From positions 12,192,001 to 12,256,000 of the forward strand of contig CP068257.2 of NCBI GenBank assembly GCA_009914755.4: a stretch of DNA of 64,000 nt. Direction: 5' to 3'. Positions 39,346 through 52,371 of the stretch are shown here, piece by piece. The notes below the pieces were generated by a model. The model did no database searches. It saw only the letters and a list, made by a program, of their open reading frames with translations, and was not told the origin of the DNA. Position 1 is the stretch's first letter, and the number at the start of each line of letters is the position of its first letter. The position numbers and the translations under genes were made by a program. This stretch comes from the human T2T-CHM13v2.0 reference genome, Homo sapiens.

Positions 39346-42300
39346 AGGCTTAGTTGACTCACAGTTCTTCAGGCTTTAAAGAAAGCACAGTGGTTTCTGC
39401 TTGTAGGAGGACTCAGGAAGCCTCCCAATCATACCAGAAGGCCAAGCGGCAATGAAATGTTTCATATGGCAGGAGTAGAAGCAAGACAGAGAGAGGAAAG
39501 AGGTGCAACATCCTCTTATACAACTAGATCTCATGAGAGCTCACTATCAGGAGATCAGCATCAAGAAGATGGTGCTTCACTGTTGGTGAAGGATCCGCCC
39601 ACCACCCCATATCCACCACCCACTGTTTCCAAGCAGAAGCCTGAGACAGAGGCAGATCCTCTTGGAAAACCTCTACTATGGCTGTTTAGAAGAAAACTAT
39701 GAGCTTGGAGCCCCCATGGAGGATACCACCATCCTCCAGACCCCAGACCCATAGATCCATCAACAGCTCACACCCCATGTACGGAAAAGCTACAGGCACT
39801 CAACACCAGCCCAGCCCATGAGAGCAGCTACAGGTGCTAAACCCTGCAAAGCCCCAGGTGCACTGCCTTAGTAGAGTTTTTCCATGAGCCTCTGCCTCTG
39901 TGGCAGGCTACTCCCATCCTGCTACACACCACCCTACAGCCATCCTACTCCTCCCCACTTTACCCACCTGTTTTTACGTCCAATCCAACCCCTCTCCCAT
40001 TCATGAATAAATCACCTCCCACAAGGCCCCACATGCAAAATTCGGGATTACAATTACATGTGAGTTTAGGTAGGGACACACAGCTAAACCATATTATTCT
40101 GACCCTGATCCCCCGAATATCATATCCTTCTCACAGAGTAAAATACAATCAGGCCTTTTCAAAAGTTGTCGAAAGTCTTAAGTCATTGCAGCATTAAGTC
40201 AAATGTAAAAAGTTCAACGTCTCACCTGAGAAAAGGCTACAGTCCCTTTTGCCTATAAGTTCCTGAATTTAAAAGGGATTTATTTTCTTTCAAGGTACAA
40301 AGATGGTACAGGCATTGGGTAAGTTTTCTCAATCCAAAGGGAAGAGGTTTGCCAGGAAAATAACACAAATTGGATCACAGGGCCAATGCAAGTCCAAAAC
40401 CCAGGAGACCACTATCCATTCAATCTCACTGCTCCAAAACCATCACGAGAACTCACCATCATGAAGAAAGGATTAAGGAGATGGTGTTTAACCGTTTGTG
40501 AAGGATCCTCCCCCACCCCCACTTTTCACCCCTCACCCCCACCATAATCCACCCATTCTCCCCAATCCCCACCTTCCAATACCCAGTGCCCTCCACGATT
40601 AAATCACCTTCTACCTGGCCCCACTTTTAACTTTTCTGATTACAATTCCATATGAGTTTCCATAGGGACACACAGCCAAATCTTATTATTCTGTCCCTGC
40701 CCCACAAATCTCACATCCTTCTCACTTTGCAAAATACAATGATGCCTTACTTACAATTCCCCAAGCTACTGTGCTTTTTTTTTACAGCCTGTAGAACCAT
40801 GAGTCAATTAAACCTTTTTGTTATGATCATACAGAAAATTAGTATTGTGAAGTGAAGCTATGAAATGCCTTCAATGACTATTCCCCATCATCTTGGTTAA
40901 GACCCCCAAGGTCTTAACCATTCTAGCATTTAGTCAAATGTCTGAAGCCCAAAGTCTCATCTGAGACAAAGATGCAGTCCCTTCTCCTCCTGAGCCTCTG
41001 AAATACAAAGCAAGTTAACTGCTTCCAAGGTATGATTGTCCAGACATTGAGTAAGAATTCCCAACCAAAAGGAAGATTTTTGCCAGAGAGAAGAACAAAA
41101 CACAAACGAGACTTACAGGTCCCATGAAAATCCAAAACCCAGCAGGCCAGTTATTCAAACCTACAGCTCCAAAGTCATCCTTTTTCAATCCTTGTCCCAT
41201 CTCCAGGGCACAAGGGTATGAGGGCTGGGTTCCCAAGGCCTTGGGCAGCTCTCTACCTGTGGCTTTGCAGTGTTCAGTCCCCACAGCTGCCCTCATGGGC
41301 TGTGCTGGTGTTGACTGACTGTAGTTTTTACCCACAGACAGTACAAAGTTCTTGGTGGGTCTATGAATCTGGGGTCTGCATGATGCTGGCCTCCATTGTG
41401 GGGGCTCCAAGCCCATATTTTCCTTCTGCACTGCCCTAGTAGAGGTTTCCCAGGAGGCTCTGCTTTTTGGCTCCTTCTGTCTGGACTCCCAGGTATTTTC
41501 ATACGTCTTCTGAAATCTATATGAAGGCTCCGAAGCCTCTGGGCTAGTGCTCTGTGCACTCGCGGGCTTAACACTATGTGGAAGCCATGAAGCCTTATAG
41601 CCTGTACCCTCTGAAGCAGTGATGCAATCTGTACCGGTGCATCTTTCAGCCAAGTTTGGAACAGGAGCCGGGGCTGCCAGGATGCAGGCAGCAGTGTCCT
41701 GAGGCTGCAAACAGCAGCAGGGTCATGGGGCTGGCCCAGGAAACCATTCTTCTCTCCTAGGCCCCAGGGCCTGTGACAGCAAGGGCTGCTGCAAACATCT
41801 CTGAAATGCCTCCAAGACTTTTTCCCCCATTGTCTTGGCTATTAGCACTGGCCTCCATTTTATGCAAGTTTCTGGAGCCTTCATGAATTTTCCCCCTGAA
41901 AATCAGCTTTTCTTTTTGACCACTTGGCCAGGCTGCGGATATTCCAAACTTTTGAGCTCTGCTTGTCATTTAAATATAAGTTCCAACTTGAGGTCATTTC
42001 CTCGGTCACACATAACCTCGGTCACACATGAAAGCACAGGCTGTTTGATGCAGACATGCCCCCACCCTTGTGCTATGCTGCCTAGAAATTTATTCCACCA
42101 GATATGCACTAAATCATCACCCTAGAGTTCAAAATTTCACAGATCTTGAGGGCAAGGTCGCCCTGCAGCCATGTTCTTTGCTACAGCAAAACAAAAGCTA
42201 ACCTTGGCTCCCGTTCCCAGTAAGATCCTCATTTTCATCTGAGACCTTGTAAGCCTGGCCTTCACTGTCCATCCTTCTGCCAGCCTTTTAATCACAACTA

Positions 42301-42611
42301 TTTAACAAGTGCCTACAATGGTCCAAACTTTCCTTCATCTCTCTGTCTTCTTTCAAGATCTCCAAACTCTCCAACCTCTGGCTGTTACCCACTTCCGAAC
42401 CTGCTTTACATTTTCAGCTATCTTTGTTGCAGCCTGGCAATGCAGAAGAAAAAGAAGTCCATTTTCAGGGGGAAACTTCAAGAAGCCTTCAGATATTTGC
42501 ATTAAAAAGAAGTCCAGTGCTAATAGCCAAGACGATGGGGAAATGTCATTGAAGATATTTCATAGCTCCACTTCGCAGTACTTTATTTTCTGTATGATCA
42601 TAATGAAAAGG
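39346..42611. repeat. Monomer m11 (E-type)
   Basis: It is homologous to 19781-23052. Confidence 0.9.
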
Positions 42612-45600
42612 GGTTTAATTGGCTCATGGTTCTGCAGGCTGTAAAGAAAGCATAGTGACTTCTGCTTCTGGGAGGACTCAGGAAGCCTCCCAATCATACC
42701 GGTAGGAAAACAGCAATGAAATATTTCATACAGCAGGAGTAGGAGCAAGGCTGAGAGAGGAAAGAGGTGCCACACCATCCTGTAACCAGATCTCATGAGA
42801 ACTCACTATCACTAGGTCAGCATCAAGAAGATGGTGCTTAACCATTGGTGAAGGATGCGCCCCCCAACACAGTTCCACCCCCTACCGTTCCAGACAGAAA
42901 CCTGCTGCAGAGGCAGAGGCTCTTGGAAATCCTGTACTATGGCAGTGCAGAAGGAAAATAAGGGCTTTGAGTGACTATGCAGGAGGCCTCCAGCCTCTAG
43001 ACCCCAGATTCATAGACATACCAACAGTTCACAACCTCAGTATGGAAAAGTGATAGGCACTCAACACCAGCCCAGCCCATGAGAGCAGCCATGGGGGCTG
43101 AAGCCTGCAAAGCCACAGGCGCACTGCCCTGGTAGAGGTTTTCCATGAGCCGCTGACTCTGCGGCAGGCTACTCCCCCTTCCTACTACCCACCACCCTCC
43201 CACCACCCTACAGCCAGCCTACTCTTCCCCACCCTACCCACCCCTTTTTTCTTCCACCCCTACCCCTCCCATGCATGATAAAATAATCTCACAGCAGGCC
43301 CCAACTCCAACATTTTGGATTACAATTCCACATGAGTTTTTCCAGGGGCACATAGCCAAATCATATTATGCTGACCTTGACCCCCCAAATCTCATGTCCT
43401 TCTCACAGAATAAAATACAATCGTGTCTTTTCAAAGTTTCCAAAAGCCTTAACTCATTCCCGCATTAACTCAAATGTAAAAAGTTCAAAGTCTCATCTGA
43501 GACAAGGCTACAATCTCTTCTGCCTATGAGTCCCTGAAGTTAAAAGGGTGTTCGTTTCTTTCAAGGTACAATGATGGTACAGGTATTGGGTAAGCTTTCT
43601 CAATCCAAAGGGAAGAAATTTCCAAGAAAAATAACACAAATGGGACCACAGGCCCAATGGACATCCAAAATCCCGCAGGTCAGTGTTCATTCAGTCTCAC
43701 AGCTCCAAAATCATGAAGAGAACTCACTATCAGAAGGACGGCATTAAGGAGATGGTGTTTAACAATTTGTGAAGGATGCACCCCCGTCCCTGCCTTACAC
43801 CCCCAACCCCACCATAATCCCCTCCAACCCTCCTCACCACCCAATCCCCCCCAACCCTCCCCAACCCCCAGCCATCCAACCTGCACTCTCCGTCATGAAT
43901 AAATCATCTTCCACCAGCCCCCACCTTTAACATTTCCCATTAACATTCCACAAGAGCTTTGGTAGAGACAGAGAGCCAAATCATATTACTCTGTCCTGGG
44001 TTGCCCAAAGTTCATGTCTTTCTCACATTGCAAAATGCAATGATGCCTTCCCTAGAGTCTCTCAAATCTTAACTCATTCCAGCATTTATTCAAGTGCCCA
44101 AAGCCCAGAGTCTTATCTGAGACAAGTCTACACTCCCTTCTGCCCATGAGCCACTGAATTATATATAAAGGAAGTTTACTACTTCCAAGGAGCAATCATT
44201 ACACAGGTGTTGGGTAAGCATTCCCAGCCAAAAGGAAAAAAATTGCCAGAAAGAAGCTCAAAACACAGATGGGACTTACAGACCCCATGCAAGTCAAAAA
44301 CCCAGCAGGCCAGTCATTGAATCCTACAGCTCCCAAATCATCTTTTGTGAATCTATACCCCACATCTGGAGCACAGGGGTGGATGGCTGTGCTCCCAAGA
44401 CCTTCAGCAGCTCAGCATCTCTGGCTGTGCAGGGTATATCCCCCACAGGTGCCCTCATGGGCTGGGTTGGTGTTGAGTGCCTTTGACTTTTCCACACTGA
44501 GGGTGCCAGCAGTTGGTGCATCTATGAATCTGGGGTCTGGAAAATGGTGCATTCCTGTGTGGGGGCCCCAACCCTATATGTTCCTTCTGTACTGCCCTAG
44601 TAAAGGTTTCCCATGAGGCTCAGCGTCTTGGAAAAGCTTCTGTCTCAACACCCAGGTTTTCCCGTACATACTCTGGAGTCTACACAAAGGCTCCCAAGCC
44701 TCTATTTTTGGCTCTGTGCACCTGCTGGCTTAGTACTATGTGGAAGCCACCAAGGTTTGAAGCTTGCACCCCTGAAGCAGTGATGCAAGCTGTACCTGTG
44801 CATCTTTGAGCCATGGCTGGAGCTGGAGCTGGGGCTGCAGGGATGCAGGCAGCAGTGTCCTGAGGATGGACACAGCAGCGTGACCATGGGACTGACCCAG
44901 GAAAGGATTCTTCAGTCCTAGAACTCAGGAACTGTGACAGCAAGCTCTGCTGCAAAGGTCTCTGAAATGACTTCAAGGCCTTTTAGACATTGTCTTAGCT
45001 ATTAGCACTGGGCTCCATTTTATGCAAATTTCGGAAGCCTTCTTGAATTTTCCCACTGAAAATCAGCTTTTCTTTTTGACCACATGGCCAGGCTGCAGAT
45101 TTTCCAAACTTTTAAGCCCTGCTTCTCATTTAAATATAAGTTTCAATTTGAGGTCATTTATTCAGTCACAGAGAAGACCACAGGCTGTTCAAAAGAGACA
45201 AGACACCTCTTGAGCTTTGCTGCCTACTTCATTTCACCAGATATACCCTAAATCATCACACTCAAGTTCAAAGTTTCAGAGGTCTCCAGGGCAGGGACAC
45301 CATCCAGCCAAGTTCTTTGCTAAGGCAAAACAAAAGTAACCTTGACTCCTGTTCCCAGTAAGTTGCTCATTTTCATCTGAGACCTTCTAAGCCTGGCCTT
45401 CACTGTCCATCCTTCAGTCACTCTTTTAATTATAGCTATGTAACAAGTCTCTATGGTCACCCTTTTAATTTAACACGTCTCTACAATACTCCAAATTTTC
45501 CCTCATCTTTCTGTCTTCTTCCAAGACCCCCAAACTGTGCAGCGTCCGGTGATTACCCACTTCTGAACCTACTTCTACATTTTCAGCCACCGTTGTGGCA

Positions 45601-45788
45601 GCCTGGCAATGTGGTGAAAGGAGAAAAGTCCATTTTCAGGGGGAAAATTCAAGAAGGCTTCATATATTTCCATATAAAAGAAGCCAAATGCTAATGGTAA
45701 AAAAAAAAAGGGGGGGGGGGGAAACCTTGAGGGCATTTCATAGCTCCAGTCTACAGTACAAATTTTCTGTAATATTATTTTTTAAAGA
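42612..45788. repeat. Monomer m12 (F-type), last monomer of HOR copy 2
   Basis: It is homologous to 23053-26235 and 52372-55497. Confidence 0.9.
45699..45721. repeat. A11 followed directly by G12 at the position of the poly(A) tract in the other HOR copies
   Basis: 'ggtaaaaaaaaaaagggggggggggggaaacc' where the other copies have a pure A-run. Confidence 0.9.
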
Positions 45789-48700
45789 GGTTTAATTGGC
45801 TCATGGTTTTGCAGGATGTAAAGGCAGCAAGTGGTTTCTGCTTCTGGGAGGACTCAGGGAGCCTCCCAATCATACCAAAAGGCCAAGTGACAATGAGATG
45901 TTCCATATGGCAGGAGTAGGAAGAAGACACAGAGAGGAAAGAGGTGCCACACCAGGTTATACAACCAGATCTCATGAGAACTCACTATCAGGAGATCAGC
46001 ATCAGGAAGATTAACCAATGGTGAAGAATCCACCCACACCACCGCCTACTGTTTCCAGGCAGAAGCCTCCTGCAGAGGCAGAATCTCCTGGAGAACCTCT
46101 ACAAGTGCAGTGCAGAAGGAAAATATGGGCTTGGAGCTCCCACACAGGAGGCCACCATCCTCCAGACTGCAGATTCATAGACCCACCAACAGCTTGCACT
46201 CTCTGCATGGAAAAGCTACAGGCACTCAACACCAGCCCAGCCCATGAGAGCAGCCATGGGGGCTACACCCTGCAAAACCACAGGTGCACTGCCCTAGTAG
46301 AGACTTTCCATGAGCCTCTGCCTCTGCAGCAGGCTACTCCCACTTCCTGCTACCCACCACCCTCTCACCACCCTACTAACAACATACTCCTCACCCTACC
46401 CACCCCTTTTCTTTCCACCCCCGGCCCCCTCCCATCCATGATTAAATCACCTCCAGCCAGGCCCCACCTCCAACATTAAAGATTACAATTCACATGCGTT
46501 TTGGTAAAGAAACACAGCCAAATCATATTATTCTGACTCTGATCCCCACAGTCTCATGTCCTTCTCACAGAGCAAAATATATTCATGCCTTTTCAAAAGT
46601 TTCCAAAAGTCTTAAATCATTCCAACATTAACTCAAATGTAAGAAAATCAACATCTCCTCTGAGACAAGTCTACAGTACCTTTTGCCTATGAGTCCCTGA
46701 ATTTAAAAGGATGTTCTTTTCTTTCAAGGTACAATAATGGTACAGGCTTTGGGTAAGCTTTTTCAATCCAAAGGGAAGAAATTTCCCAGGAAGAAAACAC
46801 AAATGGGACCACAGGCCCAGTACACGTCCAAAACCCAGAAGGCCGGTATCCATTCAATCTTACAGCTCCAAAATCATGAAGAGAACTCACTATCAAAAGG
46901 ACAGCAATAAGGAGATTGTTTAATCATCTGTGAAGGATCTGCCCCCCAACCCCCAATTTTCACTCCTCACCCGCACCATAAATCCCCCATTCTCCCTACG
47001 CCCCATCTTCCAACCCACACTCTCCACCGTGATTAAATCACCTTCCACCAGGCCCCACCTTTAACATTCCGAGGACAATACCACTTGAGTTTTGGTAGAG
47101 ACACAGAGCTGAATTTTATTTTTCTGTCCCTGGCTCCCCAAATCACATGTCCTTCTCACATTGCAAAATACAATGATGCCTTCCCTACAGTCTCCTAAAA
47201 TCTTATGCCATTATAGCATTTATACACATGTTCAAAGCTTAAAGTCTCATCTGGCACAAGGCTACAGTTGCTTAGACCCATGAGCCTCTGAAATATAAAG
47301 CAAGTTAACTAATTCCAAGGTACAGTGCTTGTACAGGCATTGGGTAAGCATTCCCAGCCAAAAGAAAGAATTTTGCCAGAAAAAAACAAAACACAGACAG
47401 GACTTACTGGCCACATGAAACTCCTAACCCAGAAGGCCAGTCATTCAATCCTACAGCTGCAAAATCACCCTTTTTGAAACCCTGTCCCACATCCAGGGCA
47501 CAGGGGTGTGATGGCTGGGCTTCCAAGGCCTTGGGCAGCTTAGCTCCTGTGGCTTTGCAGGGTTTATGCCTCTCGGCTGCCCTCAGGGGCTCGGCTGGTG
47601 TTGAGTGCCTGTGACTTTTCCCCACTAAGGATACAAGTTGTTGGGGGTCTATGAATCTGGGGTCTGCATGATGGTGGCCTCCAGTGTGGAGGCTCCAACC
47701 CCATGTTTTCCTTCTGCACTGCCCTAGTAGAAGTTTCATATAAGGCTCTGCCTTTTTGGGATGCTTTTGCCTGGACACCCAGGCCTTTCCATACATCTTC
47801 CAAAATCTATAGAGAGGTTCCCAAGCCTCTAGTCTCATGCTCCGTCCACCAGTGGCTTAACACTATGAGGAAGTTACCAAGGCTTCTAGCTGGCACCCTC
47901 TGTAGCAGTGACCCAAGCTGTAGCTGTGCATCTTTCAGTCATGGCTGGAGCTGGAGCTGGAGCTGCAGGGATGCAGGCAGCAGTGTCCTGAGGCTGCACA
48001 GAGAGGGGGGGCATGGAACTGGCCCACGAAACCATTCTTCTCTCCTAGGCCCCAGGGCCTGTAACAGCAAGGGCTGCTGCAAAGGTCTCTGAAATGCCTT
48101 CAAGGCCTTTTCCCTATTGTCTTGTCTATTAGCACTGGGCTCCTTTTCATGCGAGTTTCTGAAGCCTTCCTCAATTTTACCCCTGAAAATCAGCTTTTCT
48201 TTTTGACCACATGGCCAGGCTGCAAATTTTCCAAACTTTTGAGTTCTGTTTCTCATGTAATGTAAGAGTTGGGACTCATTTAATGTAAGTCTCATCCAGA
48301 GGTCATTTCCTCCATCACACATAAGAGCACAGGCTGTGTGATGCAGACAGGACACCTCTTGAGTTTGCTGCTCAGTTCATTCCACCAGATACTCAGTAAA
48401 TCATCACCCTCAAGTTCAAAGTTTCACAGATCTCCAGGGCGAGGTCACCGTGCAGCCACGTTCTTTGCTAAGGTAACAAAAGTAACTTCGACTTCTGTTC
48501 CCAGTAAGTGCTTCATTTTCATCTCAGACCTTCTAAGTCAGGCTTTCACTGACCATTTTCCTGTGAGCCTTCTGATCACAAGTGTTTAACAATTCTTTAC
48601 AAAGATCCAAACTTTCATTCATCTTCTTGTCTTTGAAGCCCTCCAAACTTTCCTGACCTCTGTCCGCTACTCCCTTCTGAACCTGCTTCTACATTATCAC

Positions 48701-48876
48701 TATCTTTGCCACAGCCTGGCAATGTGGTAAAGGAAAACAAGTCCATTTTCAGGGGGAAAATTCTTGAAGCCTTCACATACTTGAAAGAAAAGAAGCTGAG
48801 TGCTGATTGCCAAGACAATGACATTTAATAGTTCCACTTTGCACTACTAATTTTCTCTATGATCATAAAGAAAAGA
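45789..48876. repeat. Monomer m13 (A-type), first monomer of HOR copy 3
   Basis: ORFs 46671-46853(-) and 47404-47838(-) match 27115-27297 and 27896-28282 at a +19.55 kb offset. Confidence 0.9.
47947..47964. repeat. (GGAGCT)3 microsatellite in the A-type monomer of copy 3
   Basis: 'ggagctggagctggagctgcaggg' sits at the position equivalent to 9041-9082 and 28391-28420. Confidence 0.9.
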
Positions 48877-51800
48877 GGTTTAATTGGCTCATGATTCTGC
48901 AGACCATAAGGAAACATAATGGCTTCTGAATCTGGGAGGACTCAGGAAGCCTCCCAATCATATCAGAATGTCCAGGGGCAATGACATGATTCATGTGGCA
49001 GGAGTAGGCACAAGACACACACAGGAGAGAGGACCACACCCTATTATACAAACAGATCTCATGAGAACTCACTATCACAAGGTCAGCATCATGAAGATAG
49101 TGCTTAAACACTGATGAAAGAACAACCACCCACCCCCAATTCTTGCTGTTTCCAAACAGAAGCCTGCTGGACAGGCAAAGCCTCCTGGAAAACTTCTACC
49201 AGGGAAGTGTGGAAGGAAAATACGGGCTTGAAGCCCCCATGCAGATGGCCACCAACCTCCAGACCCCAGATTCATAGACCCACCAAGAGCTCACACCCTC
49301 TGTGGAAAAGCTACAGGCACTCAACAACAGCCCAGCCCGTGAGAGCAGCTGCACGGGCTAAACCCTGCATAGCCACAGGTGCTCTGTCCTAGTAGAACTT
49401 TTCCATGAGTTTTGCCTCTCCAGCAGACTACTCCCCCTTCCTGCTACCCCCACCCTCCCACCACTCTACTGCCAGCCTACTCCTCCCCACCCTAACCAAC
49501 CCTTTTGTGATACCCTACCTTGTTTTAACCTGGTCGACTCTCCCTTAGCTGCGAGAGCCAGAAAGACTCCATCTTGGCTCCTTCACTTGCAGCCCCTTAC
49601 CCACCCCCCTTCCTCAAGGACTTAACTTGTGCAAGCTGACTCCCAGCACATCAAAGAATGCAATTACTGATAAGATACTCTGGCAAGCTATATCCATAGT
49701 TCCCAGGAATTCGCCCGGTTGATAGTAACCAAAACCCCCGCATTTGTGTCCAGTTGATAGCACCCAAAGCCCCCACATCTATCACCTTTGGATGGATTTA
49801 AAGCCCCTGCACATGGAAATGTTTGTTTTCCTGTAGCCATTTATCTTTTTAACTTTTTTGCCTGTTTTGCTGCTGTGAGAGTCCTTCAGCGAGGCTCCCC
49901 CTCCCCTTTCTAAACAAAAGTATAAAAGAAAATCTAGCCCCTGCTTCCAGGCCAAGAGAATTTTGAGCACTAGCGGGCTCTCAGTTGCCGGCAATAAAGG
50001 TCTCCTGAAGTCGTCTCATAGTGTGGCGTTTCTCTACAACTCACTCGGTTACAACCCTTTTCCTTGCACCCTCGACGACCTCCAATCCATGATTAAATCA
50101 TCTCCCCCAGGCCCCACTTTCAACATTTGGAATTACAATTGCACCTGAATTTTTATAGGGACACACAGCCAAACCGTATTATTCTGACCCTGATATTCCA
50201 GAATCTCATGTCCTTAACACAGAGCAAAATACAATCATGCCTTTTCAAAACTTCCAACAGCCTTAACTCATTCCTGTGTAAAAAGTTCAAAGTCTCATCT
50301 GAGACAAGGGTACTGTCCCTTCTGCCTATGGGTTCCTGAATTTAAAAGAGATTTCTTTTCTTTCAAGGTACAATGATGGTACAGGTGTTGTGTAAGCTTT
50401 ATCAATCCAAAGGGAAGTAATTTCCCAGAATACACAAACGGGACCGCAGGGCAAATGCAAGTCCAACACCCAGCAGGACACTATTCACTCAATCTCACAG
50501 CTCAAAAATCATCAAGAGAACTCACTATCATGCGGACAGCATTAAGGAGATAGCGTTTACCCATTTGTGAAGAATCTGCCCTCCCACCCTCATCTTTCAC
50601 TCCCACCCATAAAATAATCTCTCCCATTCTCCCCACACCCCTACCTCCAACACCCACTCTTCTCCATGATTAAATCACCTCCCACCAGGTCCCACCTTTA
50701 ACATTCCCCACGACAATTCCACATGAATATTGGTAGAGACACAGAATCAAATCATATTATTCTGGCTCTTGCTCCCCAAATCTTGTATCCTTGTCACGCT
50801 GCAAAATACAATGATGACTTCTCTACTGTCCCCCAATGACTTAACTCATTCCAGCATTTACTGAAATGTCCAAGGACTTACAGACCCCATACAAGTCAAA
50901 AACCCAGCAGGCCAGTCATTGAATCCTACAGCTCCAAATCATCTTTTCTGAATGGACATGTCCCATCCAGATCACAGGTGTGTCAAGGCTGGGCTCCCAA
51001 GGCCTTGGGCAGCTCTGCACCTGTGGCTGTGCATGGTCTATCCCCCACAGCTGCCCTCATGGGCTGGGCTGGTGTTGAGTGCCTGTAGCTTTTCCAAACT
51101 AAGGTTGGAAAAGCCAGCTGTTGGTGGGTCTATGAATCTGGGGTCTGGAGAATGGTGCCTCCATGTTTAGGGACTCCAGTCTTATATTCTCCTTCTGTAC
51201 TGCCCTAGTAAAAGTTTCCCATGAGGCTCTGCCTCTTGGAAAAGCTTCTGCCTGAACACCCAGGTTTTTCCATACATACTCTGGAGTCTAGATGCAGGCT
51301 TCCAAGCCTCTAGTTTTGTTCTCTGTGCAGCTGCTGGCTTAACACTATGTGGAAGCCACCAAGGCTTGGAGCTTGCACCCCTGAAGCAGTGATGCAAGCT
51401 GTACCTGTGCATCTTTCAGCCATGGCTGGAGCTGGATCTGCAGGGATGCAGGCAGCAGTCTCCTGAGGCTGCACACAGAGGGGGTCATGGAACTGGACCA
51501 GGAAACCATTCTTCTCTCCTAGGCCCCAGGGCCTGACAGCAAGGGCTGCTGCAAACATCTCTGAAATGCCTCCAAGACGTTTTCCCCCAGTGTCTTGGCT
51601 ATTAGCACTGGCCTCCATTTTATGCAAGTTTCTGGAGCCTTCATGAATTTTCCCCCTGAAAATCAGCTTTCCTTTTTAACCACTTGACCAGGCTGCAGAT
51701 GTTCCAAACTTTTGAGCTCTGCTTGTCATTTAAGTATAAGTTCCAACTTGAGGTCATTTCCTCGGTCACACATAACCTCGGTCACACATGAAAGCACAGG

Positions 51801-52371
51801 CTGTTTGATGCAGACATGCCCCCACCCTTGTGCTATGCTGCCTAGAAGTTCTTTCCACCAGATATGCACTAAATCTTCACCCTAGAGTTCAAAATTTCAC
51901 AGATCTTGAGGGCAAGGTCGCCCTGCAGCCATGTTCTTTGCTACAGCAAAACAAAAGCTAACCTTGGCTCCCGTTCCCAGTAAGATCCTCATTTTCATCT
52001 GAGACCTTGTAAGCCTGGCCTTCACTGTCCATCCTTCTGTCAGCCTTTCAATCACAACTATTTAACAAGTGCCTACAATGGTCTAAACTTTCCTTCATCT
52101 CTCTGTCTTCTTTCAAGATCTCCAAACTCTCCAACCTCTGGCTGTTACCCACTTCCGAACCTGCTTTACATTTTCAGCTATCTTTGTTGCAGCCTGGCAA
52201 TGCAGAAGAAAAAGAAGTCCATTTTCAGGGGGAAACTTCAAGAAGCCTTCAGATATTTGCATTAAAAAGAAGTCCAGTGTTAATAGCCAAGACGATGGGG
52301 AAATGTCATTGAAGATATTTCATAGCTCCACTTCGCAGTACTTTATTTTCTGTATGATCATAATGAAAAGG
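48877..52371. repeat. Monomer m14 (hybrid: B-type 5' part fused to E-type 3' part)
   Basis: ORFs 49782-49994(-) and 50952-51170(+) match B-type 30239-30451 and 31409-31627. Downstream, 51310-51627(-) and 51600-52371 match E-type 41757-42611. Confidence 0.85.
51495..51535. other. Recombination or deletion junction between B-type and E-type monomer sequence
   Basis: Upstream, 'ctgcacacagagggggtcatggaactgg' matches B-type 31,900 ('ctgcacatagaggggggtcatggaactgg'), not E-type ('ctgcaaacagcagcagggtcatggggctgg'). From 'ctcctaggccccagggcctgacagcaagggctgctgcaaacatctctgaaatgcctccaagac' onward it matches E-type 41,750-41,820, not B-type ('ctccgaggccccagggcctatgatagcaagggctgctgcaaaggtttctgaaatggcttcaaggcc'). 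Confidence 0.8.

Larger units (their letters stand above)
26236..45788. repeat. Higher-order repeat copy 2 (monomers A-F, ~19.55 kb)
   Basis: ORF-level matches to copy 1 and to copy 3 sit at constant offsets (+19.35 kb and +19.55 kb). Aligned ORFs differ by only a few amino-acid changes per 60-70 residues. Confidence 0.9.

Noticed and set aside
41015-41710. A 231-aa ORF on the minus strand as a possible array-encoded protein
   Set aside because: The equivalent region of HOR copy 1 (21516-22093) is split across two frames. The peptide is low-complexity (Pro/Ser/Ala/Gln-rich) and lies entirely in repeat sequence.
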